Of a stretch of 64,000 nt of DNA, positions 37,442-49,247 are shown piece by piece. Location of the stretch: assembly GCA_030704615.1 (NCBI GenBank), contig CM060731.1, forward strand, positions 80,166,001-80,230,000. The letters run 5' to 3'. Made by a program: the position numbers and the translations under genes. Below the pieces are notes generated by a model. It did not search any database and was not told the DNA's origin. It saw nothing but the letters and a program-made list of their open reading frames with translations. How positions within the stretch are numbered: the stretch's first letter is position 1; the number at the start of each line of letters is the position of its first letter. The stretch is from Takakia lepidozioides. Its lineage: Eukaryota > Plantae > Bryophyta.

Positions 37442-37885
37442 ATGGCGGACGCAGTGCTGTTCGAGGACATCTTCACAATCACAGGGATGGATCCGGATGG
37501 TAGAAAGTTCGACAAGGTATCGAGGATGGTTGCTCACAGTGAACAATTCGACATGGACATGCTGCTGGACGTGAACACTGACATCTACCCCCTCTGCAAA
37601 CATGAGAAATTCACGATGGCATTGGCATCCACCCTCAGCCTGGATGGAACCCCTGATGATGCCGTGTTCGACCAGAGCAGGGGAAAATCGCTGGCCGACA
37701 AGTACGAGTACGTGATGTATGGAAAGCTCTACAAGTATGCGGACACGGAGGCGAGCGGGACCGTGAAGGTGGAAGTGTATGTGTCTTTTGGTGGGCTTCT
37801 GATGTTACTCAAAGGGGATCCTAACAATTTAAGTAGCTTGCAGCTTGATCAGCGCGTTTATCTGCTGATGAGAAAGGTGGGTTAG
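37442..37885 (+). CDS. RPB8: DNA-directed RNA polymerase common subunit 8 (RPABC3/NRPB8), single coding exon
   Basis: LFEDIF...DPDGRKFDKVSR, LLDVNTDIYP, SLADKYEYVMYGKLYK, YVSFGGLLM..KGD...RVYLLMRK; intact 147 aa. Confidence 0.97.
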   Translation: MADAVLFEDIFTITGMDPDGRKFDKVSRMVAHSEQFDMDMLLDVNTDIYPLCKHEKFTMALASTLSLDGTPDDAVFDQSRGKSLADKYEYVMYGKLYKYADTEASGTVKVEVYVSFGGLLMLLKGDPNNLSSLQLDQRVYLLMRKVG

Positions 37886-38533
37886 GGCTTTGGTTGAGGG
37901 TCTGGTCGACGCTTAGAATTCTGATGATGTTGCCGGTTGCCAAGGAGAACTGTTCACCCTTGGTCTTTTACCGGGGTTTCTGTGTTGCCAAGGTAATGAC
38001 ACAGGGTGGTAGTGGAATCTCAAGGAAGAAAGTGAGAGCGGTGCGGTTCCGCAATTAGAACGTCTCGAAATGTGCCTCGAGTACATTCACGAACATGCAG
38101 GTCGGGAAGATCATAGCCTCTCACAAAAGAGACACATGGTGGAGGGGAGGTGAAGGAGTGTGATTTTGGAGACGCAGCCATTTGTAGGTTTTTGTTAAGC
38201 TTTTTGGTTTTTAACCTCTGGTGGTGGCTGTTCCTCTTCCCTACTACCCAACGGAACAAAATAAGCAGAAGTTTCAGTCACTTGGGATTTGAAGGCGAGG
38301 GCACAGAAAGGATATGTCTACAGGACTAGAGTCAGAACATTACAAAGACTGTGTAGTTGCAGTGCAGAGACTGTCAAAGGAGGAAACGTAATGGGATGGC
38401 TAACGATTACATGCATTCTGGCTACATCACTCTAGACACCTGCATCGCGTCACTTTGTTTGCCTCCTCACAAACTCATATATTGGCAGCTTCTGGGAGAA
38501 AGACTGCTGCCTCATTTTTCCACTGCCTCCCTT

Positions 38534-40240
38534 CACATACTGTCTTGGGTGCGTGATCCAGCTTAGGCTGCTTGTTGTCCAAGTACGGAACTCTCAGTTC
38601 CTATTCTTTGACAAGGATTTGCTATTCATTTAAGTTGAATTTCTTTTGTATAAAGGTGTGCTTCAATCTCACCTGACCTGCCTAGAATGCATGCAGCTGT
38701 TCATGGTTTGTCTTCCATTGTATATATGAAAGTGTATGATATTTTCTTAGGTTGTTTTCTTTCTCTCTCCTTTTCTCCCTCTTTTGAGATTGAAGACTGT
38801 GTGACCTCTGACGGCTCTCCACTGCATATTTGACCTACCCTTGAGTGACCATGAGTGTAGGGCTGCCTGGCTTGTGCGGTGGTTGCTTCATAGACCCCAG
38901 GTGTATGTCAGAGGGACCTTCTGCTGCACACAAGGGGAGAGTCATCTATAGGAGGCCGAAACTCTGCTTGAAAACTGTGCAGTTCGTGCAGGTAGACTGC
39001 CCACAACTAAATGTCTCAGTCTCCTGTGAAGTGGTGGTAGTATATCTAATAATCCTGAACTACACAGGGTAGAGGGACCTTTTCTTTTGCTGCACCCAAG
39101 GGGAGAGAGTGATCTATAGTAGGTGGAAATTCTATTTGAAAAACAGTTTGTGCAGGTAGACTGCTCAGCATTTGGCTGTCCATAACTAAGTATGTCTGTG
39201 TCTCCTGTGAAGAGGTAGTATTATATCTCTATAATCCTGTAGTACACAGGGTAGAGGGACCTTGTCTTTTGCTGCACCCAAGTGGAGAGAGTGATCTATA
39301 GGAGGTGGAAATTCTGCTTGAAAAACAGTTTAGACTGCCCAGCATTTAGGCTGTCCATAACTAAATGTCTCTATCTCCTCTGAAGAGGTAGCAGTATCTC
39401 TCTATAATCCTGTACTACACAGGGTAGAGGGACCTTTTCTTTTGCTGCACCCAATGGGAGAGAGTCATCTATAGGAGGTGGAAATTCTACTTGAAAAACA
39501 GTTTGTGCAGGTAGACTGCCCAGCATTTAGGCTGTTCATGTAACTAAATGTCTCAGTCGCCTCTGAAGAGGTAGTAGTATCCCTCTATAATCCTGTACTA
39601 CCCAGGGTAGAGGGACCTTTTCTTTTGCTGCACCCAAGGGGAGAGAGTCATCTATAGGAGGTGGAAAATTCTGCTTGAAAAACAGTTTGTGCAGGTAGGC
39701 TGCCCAGCATTTAGGCTGTTCCTAACTAAATGTCTCAGTTGCCTCTGAAGAGGTAGTAGTATCTCTCTATAATCCTGTACTTAACAGGCTAGGAGGAAGT
39801 ACCTATGTTTAGTCTCTGCTTCTGTATGGTGCAATATGGGAGCATGTAAAGACATCTGCCTATCTCAATCTGGAGACCAAGGAGCACATTGGTTGTATCA
39901 CATGGATCTTCTGAGGACCGTCTGATGTTCCTAAGGGAAACAACATTGAAGTGTTTTGATAACAAGTCGGAGTCTGTTGGATAGATTCTGGGAGGTAGGA
40001 AGTGGTGCCTCATAGTGATCTGAGCCTATCCAGGAAGATGATGATGGTGGGGAAGGCAATGGGACTTTGTCAAATCCTGCCCGTCGAATTTCAAAGGGTG
40101 TGATAATTTTTGGAAGAGGATATGTGCAATGGCTCCAGACTGTGATTCCAAAGCCCTGGCCACCCTATTTCAGTGCTGTGGAGTGACGGCTACCCGGAAT
40201 AACCCACTTCTGCATGGATATGTGTGTATTGTAAGGGTGG
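38534..40240 (+). repeat. Direct repeat copy B, with internal tandem expansion
   Basis: Paralogous to 33616-34588. Confidence 0.88.
38909..39790 (+). repeat. Tandem array of 5 units of about 160-182 bp
   Basis: AGAGGGACCTT...GCTGCAC anchors at about 38911, 39071, 39253, 39426 and 39608. Confidence 0.92.
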
Positions 40241-42386
40241 CCGTAACCCCTGGAAGTTAAGAGGGAGAGAGATCAACACTACTGTCAAAATGGTGGGGTG
40301 ATGGCTAACTTGCATTTCTCCTTGCACCGATGCAAATTGTATGCCAAACTGAAAGCCCAGTTTCCAGCCCTGTATATTTACTTCTTTTGAGTCATGGCTT
40401 CTCCCTTCCTTGCAGACCAAGATCTGAAGTATGTTTGGCATATGCATGAGTGACACTTGAGAGAGAGGAGCTAACTTCTTGTTGCCATTGGTCTCCTAGT
40501 CTTAAGCCTACTTTGCCATAAAACTTCTCTGTCTCCGGTTTTGAAAGAGAGTGATTGTATTCATTTGCGCTGCTGTAGGCGAGCGGTGCTGGCTATTCTG
40601 AAGGAGAGATCAACACATACATGGCCCACTCGTGTTGTTTCAGTCTCTTATTTGATATGCCCCAATTTCTCTGCCTTTGCGAAATCTGGAAACCATTTCT
40701 CGTATCGACATGGACGTCCATCACGTCTGTCTGTGAGAACCAAAAAAATGAGACTTTGGAAAGCTCAACAAAGAGCTATCGGCCGATTTATCGTTTACTT
40801 ACCGATGCGTACAAGTAGCCTACCATCTTGGCTATATACCGTTGGGTATAGTAAATAAGTAGGTAGGTGGGTATGTACGTAGGCAGGGTGCGAAGGCGGC
40901 CGTGCGGCGCAGCGATGGGTAAGGGCAACGGTCAGGAGAAAATGATTGTGTTAAGTGTGTACGATAAAACATTCCTTCTCATTACATACAATTTTGCGCA
41001 TTAGTTCGCATTCAATGGGATTTGTAGTCAGTGCAAAAAGGACAGCTCTTTTATTAGGGTTTGCGAGACTGATTAAGGATCCAACACGATGGCTTGTCTA
41101 CTTAACTTAATTGCTGTAAAGCAGTGGTGAAGTGAAGGTGAAGGAGGTTGTGCAGCCGCTTGTCTCGTGGTGGGAAGAGTGTTGATCATGCTTACCCTCT
41201 AGACTTGGATCCGTTGTCTGGAGTGGGTGAAACTCTAGTTTTTTTGGTGTGGAAATGGTGCACACAGGGGCCTCTCTGTCTGGTTCAATCCACCCCTAAT
41301 TCGAAGCTCAAACAGTGTGCGTTGGCCAACGCACACTGTTTGAGCCCCCCTTCTCATTGTTTTTGGAATAATAAAATCGTCCAGATGGGTCGGGGTAAGG
41401 CTGTCGTGCTACCGACATGGTGCTGATCTGTGGGTGTGTGTAGATTTTATGTTAGATCTGTCCTTGGAGGTACTCTGCGTCGGGTTCATGAATGAAGCTG
41501 GTGGTGAAGTAGATGTACGAGAGGAACGAATAGATGAGAGCGAGATAGTGGTAGAGATGATGGTCCTGTCGGTAGCTGGCCCAGGGTGAGAGAGAAAGCG
41601 AAAGAACTAAAAGCCCAAGTTCACTCATCTTCCCAACAATTACACTTCAACGCACGTTTATGGAACGACAGCCCGCCATTCTTTGTGAAGAAGATTATTT
41701 GCACTAGTTCAGCTTTGTTCAAATGATCGAGATCTATAAGAAAAAACCATTCATCGGGCCACTGCAGGTCGTAGCTTTATCAGACCAGTAGTGTCCAACA
41801 TCAGTGACTCTCTGAAAGCATTGAAAGCAAAGGGTTTTCCTGGTTCACATCGCACAATATAACTGTAACCTGTGTTGAGGAGGCTAATTTCAAGTTATGT
41901 AGCAGTACAGAGTATCCGAAGCTCCCCTCCGCACTACTACTAAAACTCATAATTCAGATGTGGGCAATTTTACTTCAAAATAATAGTGTACAGTTCTGCC
42001 ACAAGAGCCCAGCTGGAGCAACTTGCACAAACTTCTAGTCTAGAATTCATCATGAACCGATGGTCCATCACTGAGCACTGAAAAAAACGAGATTCCTCAC
42101 TACTCCATGTGCAACCCACAGGCACACCCATTTTGAAAGCGATGTACCCGTGACATACACTTGACTATATGCAAGCTCCGGCGTTCTCAGCATCCTCGAA
42201 CAATTCTTCTAGAATTGCAAAAAAGGACTTGACGGTGAGTACTGCCAAAAGGTGCACCTCGTCTTGCGCTAACTCGCTTAAGAAGTGCGGCACAGTTTAC
42301 TGGTATAAACTCATCTAAATGACTGGAAGCAGAACGTACGCTGCAAGGTCAGTTTCTTGAGAACTGAGTCCAATTTTCAAAACTGA

Positions 42387-44684
42387 TCAAATGTTATTCT
42401 CGCCGTAGTCCAAACCAGGCGTCCACGAAGATGACTTGAGTAGGCGATCTAAGTAGGTCAAGGTCGCAATGCCACAGGGCTCTAACAACTCACTGTTCTG
42501 TGTGGGGACTGCCACCTGTTCTTTGCCCAACATATGCTGATCAGGCCAGTTAAGATGACCTGTTGCTACCATGGTTGCAGTTGGTACGTCTGGATAGACA
42601 TCTCTTGGTGCAAGGGAATTCACGAAGAGACAGTGAACCTCCTCCTGCAATCGGGTACTGATTGTGCGCGGAGCGTAGGTCGTTGGCTGTCTAGATTCAG
42701 TACTAGGCGATGTGCATGCATGAACATTTCCTAGTATCAAATTATTCTTTGTCAAAGAGCTGCTGCACTGTTGGATCAACGATGACACTTCACTGTCACA
42801 AGATCCATCCTCAGTGGTAGAGGCACTGCCACTCTGGTCCGCCATTTTGGCTAGTTGAGCACCAACTTGCTGTCCACCTTCCTTCCGTAGCCTGGCGTTC
42901 AACAGTGCTGAGATTTGTTGATTAGCGTGCACCCATTGCAACGACGTCTGAATATTAGTACCGAACTGTCTGTTAGATTCAAATGAGAGTTGGTGAATCT
43001 CCTCGAGAGAATCTCGCTTGGTCAACTTCAAAGGTCTTTCAGATTCAGATACCATTGTTTGTAGATCGAGGCTGTCCATACTCGGAAAAAGTTGGTGGGT
43101 TGGTCTGCGCCGGAGTTGAATTGACTCTAAAGTCTGCTTCGTCGGGAACAGGTGATCTTCATTTGCACGATTCTCTAGGGTGGCAGCTGATATGGACTTC
43201 TTGTAGATGCGGCATAGAGCTACCTCATTCTGCAAACCGCGACCTTTGAATCGTTAGGCTGCTGATTCACCGCAAACTTCGTCGGCAACAGATGAGAATA
43301 GCATGTGTACAAAGTTCTTGCAAACTAGAAGAAGCTCAGACCAGTGTCAGCTCAATGAACTCTCATGGTATTAATAGGTCGTTCATCCATGCAAAAGTAT
43401 ATAACTTCTAGATAATACCTACTTATCAGCGATCGATCCTCTCAATGGTGTTAAGTTGGAAAAACGTTCACCGGGGCCTGGGCAGCACAGTTTTTACATT
43501 GAAGCTTGATCTTTCCATGCCACCGTAGATACTTACTAGTACATTGGCGCTAGTGACAAGTGATTAATCTTGATAAAAATTCACTATATGGAAGAAGAAG
43601 AAACATCCTATTTATGCGCACTGCCAGGCCTTCAAAATTCCGAGTCCGCCCAAATTCAGGACTAGCGTTCGATAACTGTTCTAAACCTGAAGAATGGAGA
43701 ACATACCTGCACTCTCTCTGACTTCCGGTAGTCTTTTGGGACTTGAGGAGGGGCCTCCGGTTGGTCAAGCTGTGGTAACCGGTACTCGTTCATGATCCAT
43801 TCTGTTTTTGAGCCCTTTGGAGCCCGGCCAGTGTAGAACACAAGAGTTTTCTTTAGACCAATGCAGCAGGATTCTTGGGCACTGCGCACAGGCCGATCCG
43901 TTCCTGTTGCCTTCCAGTAGCCTGAGGCTGTGACGCGATTTGGACGAGCTCCATTGGGATATTTCTTGTCCCTTGGGCAGAAGAACAGCCATTCTCTCTC
44001 TCCTTGCATGAATGCCAGGCCTGGATAGCAGACATGGTCAGGATGCACTGTTAGATCTGTCAGTTAGATCCTAGTTACAGTCGAATTTTCAATGAAAATC
44101 ATAATGTTTACCAGATGTCATGAGGATGTCATATTTCCTTAGCTACCTAGAACACACACTGAAATGAAAACCTTGGTTGCAGAAAACCTGCGGCTCGGCC
44201 TTAAAGGTTGCTGTATGGCGATACAGGCATTGACTGAGGGGAAATCGGGATTGTGGAGACAAACGCTGGGCGCAAGGTCTGCCCTTCATCACACGATTCA
44301 AAAACAAATTGAAGCTAATTAAGGGAAGACACTGGCACACCCGCTTACTTCAGCTATACAGAAGCTTTCCTCAGGTGGTCTGAAAGCCCATTATCTTTAG
44401 TACTTACCTAAGTACCTTGGCTTGTTAAACGCACAAAAACGCATTCACACTCTCAAACCCCGCCATGTCCTGTAGGTCAGAAAAGGCCTCACACCTGGGA
44501 GCTCCCAAGGGTCGTAACGGTAGAGGTCCACCAGATTGATCAGCTCCACAGCCATGTGCTTGCCCTCTACCATACGTCGCAGATAGTAGCCCACCAGCTC
44601 TTCTTCTGTGGGGTGGAATCGGAACCCTGGCATGTTAGCCATCTCATGGGCCTGATCAGCCTCCCTAAGAGTTATATGCTCCAT
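42387..44684 (-). CDS. NAC domain transcription factor (LOV1/ANAC035/FEZ-like); exons 44684-44495, 44020-43707, 43229-42387; about 448 aa
   Basis: [97 protein letters not shown] introns are in phase. Confidence 0.95.
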
Positions 44685-47600
44685 TGTCACTTCGGCAGGA
44701 CGAGGACACGTCCCTTCGCCCAAACCTCGCCGATGTAACCTTCACGACTGCGAACTCGAGCTCCTTTTCGCAAAGACAAGCAGTCATCCGTTGTACTTGA
44801 ACCGCAAACTGCAGTGAAACTACATACCGTACAGCAATGAAGTTGTGGTTCTTGGCAGCCACTCAATGAGGTCTGACAGCAGCACTCCCTCTGCATAGAG
44901 GGAAAGAGAGAGAGAACAACGGTTATAAAGCTCTTCTCAAGAAGTGCCCAAGTGACTCCTCTGCCCCGCTAAATTTGTAGCTAGTAGAGAAGAAACAGCC
45001 GCCGCTACTGCGGGGGCTCGACCGATCCGTAGAGTTTGCACTCGAGGTAGACGCAGACTAGCTGACTGCAGGCACTGGATATGATAGGGCAGGCATGACA
45101 GCAATATAGCGGCTCCAGCCATGTCTATAATGACGCTGCCGTCCTTTGTCAGATTCCGCCCCCCCGATGACGTGCTGCTCTTCGTCATACATATCTCCTT
45201 CCGGGCAGCACGTGATGCCCGCCCCTTCTTCTTCTCTCTCCCTCTCCCTCTCCCTCTCCCTCCACTGCTATCCTCACTGATCAATTCTAGAACCCCTGCA
45301 TTTCAAACATCATCCTTGCAAACGCAGCATAGATGCCAATCACCCACTAGTCAACTCTGCTTTCAACCGTGCAGCAAACAACCCTTCTGCCACCCTCTGC
45401 TACCTACCTGGAGGTTGTGCAAATGTACACTCGGGGAGTACCCAGCCTTCCTGTGATACATATTATTAGGTTACCCATTTCAGACTCCAGGAGCTCACAC
45501 AAAACTCTGTTGGCCTACAATGCCCACCCTTTCAACGCCAACATTACTATTACAGTGGGCAGCTCAGCTGCCTGCCTTTGTACCGTTGTACCCCAATCTC
45601 CTTTTTGTTTTTTGGATTCGAAGTTAGTGCACTGAGTGCCAGCCATGATGATTGTGGGTTCAAAGTCCTGCTACCTTGTTGTGTTTGCTAGAAGACAACT
45701 TGTGGTGTCCTTGAAAGGAAAGGGGTTATTTTCTCCTCTCACTGTAATTAAGGGGTACCTAAAAGTGTACATGTATACGGCAGTAGGTAGAGTAGGTAGT
45801 AACTAAGTGCGACTCTGGTGGAGCACTACTGTAGTTACTACCTGAGAAAGCAGGTGCACAGAGAAGATTGAGTGACGTCGGAAAATTAGGTCACCGATGG
45901 CTGCGGGGCCGTGGTTACTTGGCCTCCCCCACAGATTTGTGAACTTCCATGCACCGCTTCTCAACTAAGTATCCCCATCTCAAGTGCTGATGGTTTTGGT
46001 GTTTTGGACTTGTAGCCACTTCTCATATGGAATCCAAGTTGGATTGCGGGTCGACAAGATTGGGATCAAAACTGGATTGTAATTGAAATGTGCAGTGCCA
46101 CAACAGGGCCCTCAGTAATCCAACTAGAACTGCGGAGTCTTCCGGAGTGAGCAACCTACCAGTAGCCTGCTCAAATTGCACTGGGATTCACTTGAGTTCT
46201 GGATGTCATCATTCGGACTTATTTCTGCGATTGATTTTATGACCCAGAAAATACTACTGCTCTGTTCTGGCTGTTGCCACTTTGAACTATATCCAAGGAT
46301 CCACGCTCAGAAACTCACACTACTGAAATCTGCACTCAAATTGCACCAGAAATTCAAGCGATTAATGTGTGACATCATCATTCAGACTTATAATTTTTCC
46401 GCTATTGAGTATTTGATGGGTCCGGCTGTCGTCGAAAACTCTGGGCCTCGAACTGCACTGGAAATTCACTCGAGTTTTGGGTGTCATAATTCAGAGTCCA
46501 GACTTGTCTCTTTGCCCAGATAAGAACAGTACCAAGTCCTGGAGGCTGGCGGCTACCTAGTACCTACGTAAGTTACAGAGAACACAATTCTTCTACAGCA
46601 AAAAGAGAGCTTTAATTCTGGCAATATAGGTACTCATGTCGTATGTTTCAATTGCAGAGGAGTCTGGCCACTAAAAAGGCAGGCATTGATATTTGTAAAA
46701 GGCAAAGGAGGCAGGAGTAATGGAGTGAGTTAGGAGTTAGGACCAGTTGTAGGAGTAATAACATAATGCTGGCCACCCAAAAGGTGGTGGCAGTACTTTG
46801 CAGTGTGGAGTAATGAACTTAATCATTTTCGTTCAGACAAAGCAGCTCTGCTGCGAACGCCAAATCTCTGCACTGTGCTCTGCCTCCTTCTGTGCCCAAA
46901 AGAGAAAACCCTAACCCGCCTCGTCTACTCGACAGGGTAAGATTGAGGGGCGGACCCACCTCCCATAATGAAGGAGGGCATGCTGCAAGCGTGCCCTTCC
47001 TGTGAGGTAAAACATATTGGAGGGGCTAAGTACTCTGGGTGGGGCTGTGGGCACCCTTCAATTAGACAATTCTCAATGATCTAAATTTTTTACTAATTGA
47101 AATGGCCTACACGCCTTTGCTAAGTTGATCAATTGTGTCCCACTATGGTCCTTCACAAGCTAGTTGTGTGGCTCATTGTCATAAATGAAATGAAGTCCAA
47201 CTTCAAGGTCGAAGTGAATGGAACCAGTAGTTGATGGAATGGGGGTTAATTGACTTGATGAACCATCGTTACCAGACCTACTTTATGACTTATTGTCCAA
47301 GTGTTTTGAAAGTAATGCAGCAAATTATGAGTGAGCTGGTAGATGTTCATCAATCAACAGTAACTCTGTGAATTATGGGCCCTTACAATCATGCACGCTT
47401 AGTGTTTGCAACTTGGCTACCTACATGACAGAAAACCATTTGTAGATTGTGTGAAGGAGGGTGTAATAAGCATCAATGGTACATTCTTCCTAAGTTTTGC
47501 TGGTTATAATTATTGCAATTGTCTTACCTCCACTCTCTTTGAGAAGATGGGTCACTGATTGAGCGATGTATATACTACATACAATTTTTTTCTGGATGAG

Positions 47601-49247
47601 TCCATGACCCATACATGAAGAAATTGGAAAGGCTTCATGGATTAGACATTAGACAGCCTCTGCTTAGAAAATGGAAGATGCAAATTTCACACAACAGTCA
47701 GGCCTTATGTGGAAGGGCCTGCTGAAAAAGTCTGATGGTCTCCACAGACTGATTGCACCTGCACAATTTGTGCTGACATGAATTGGCGGCTCCCAGCTGC
47801 CGGTGGCTCCAATGCATCCGTTGGCCCCCAAGTTGCTCAGCATTTTGCTGGCAACAACATGTCCTATCCACTCGGAGAGCCCTGAGCTGCAGCACACAAC
47901 AGAATTCACATGTTGGGCGGGTGCAGTGTTTTTCATACGAGAAAGTGAGATGAGGTCAGAAAGCAGGCCCTGCTTTCACTCTGCAAATTCCCAATTGCAC
48001 GCTGATTTCCTGGCCCTGCCATAACAACAATATTCTGCTTAAGTCAGCCTATACGCCGTATAGACAGCTACACACACATTTCGCGCCTCGATCACAGTGA
48101 AAACGGCCGTAGTTTGTATGACTATTATTGAGCAAAGGTACTCCAACTGCGCTAGTGCTCTGCAAGTGTACCAGAAGGAGCCTCTTCTCCATCGATGTAG
48201 CAGGCAGTACAAACGAGGAGACACAATCATCTCCTACCTTTTGGAGTCCCTAACAAGGTATTATTTCGTTGCAGGATCATCCTGCAGAAAGAAAGGTGTT
48301 TGGAAGCTCTTGCTACAGTGTTCCTGTTGGATCATGCTTATGGCTTGGTTAGCTTTAGTGTGGTCAGACTACAGTGACTCACGCAGGTATGCCCAATGCT
48401 AACATATCTCCAGCTGTGGGTATGAAGGTTGCATGAGCAGGATCTGTGTTTCGGAGAGAAAGCTGTTGTGATGGGCTTGTGGGCATACTTTGTGTTGTGG
48501 TAATTGCCTGGTTTGTTGAAGAGGGGCTGGGATGGCTGTATTTGTACACCCGGGGAATGAGCAGTACAAGGCGTTGTAGAAAAAGAGTGCATTTGATCCA
48601 ATCCAATTCACTAACTCATGCTATGGGAGCTTCATCTGCTCACATGTAAAACAGTGGAGTCGCAAAAGAGTTTGTAAGCAAAGAAGGTTTTGAAAAATCA
48701 TGGCAAATACAACAAGCTACATAATCAAACTAGTTACAATCACGGTTTCTGGCCCAAGAAAGATCATCCCAGCAGCCAGAATGACAGCTATAAATTTAGT
48801 CTACTTATTGTGAATGAGATACAGGTATGCGGGTAGCCCAATGCTTGACCAGTAGCTCAATGGGCCCTCACCTCTGTTCTTACCTCATGTACACACAAAA
48901 GAGAAAGTCCAAGGATTATTTGGGCATCCTACTTGCTTTGAACCTGCAAATGGGCCATTATGGTTCCCTTTCGCAATTGCCCAGACCCTGATGGCGGGGA
49001 AACTTCATCTGTAAACAGGTATGGAAACACTCGTAAGGCGCAGCAACAATTTTTTGTGGAGCTTGCCAGCAAGTATCCAGGTGCCTCCAGCAGTACCAGA
49101 TCTTCAAGTGCTGCTAGGAGGCCGTCCCATCCCATTCTCTCACCATTCCACCCACGTATCAAGCCCTTAATATTGATATGAAACCTCATAGGTTGTCCCA
49201 GGGTCAGATCACATAGATCCTTCTCAAATTTAACTTTCTCCTCTTCC

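Noticed and set aside
38909-39790. CRISPR-like array
   Set aside because: Whole units are repeated with no unique spacers, the context is eukaryotic, and there are no cas genes.
33616-40240. Direct repeats as LTRs of a TRIM/LARD
   Set aside because: No TG...CA ends, PBS, PPT or TSD were found.
47660-48650. Short ORFs between NAC and SNF7
   Set aside because: No coherent exon chain or recognisable domain.
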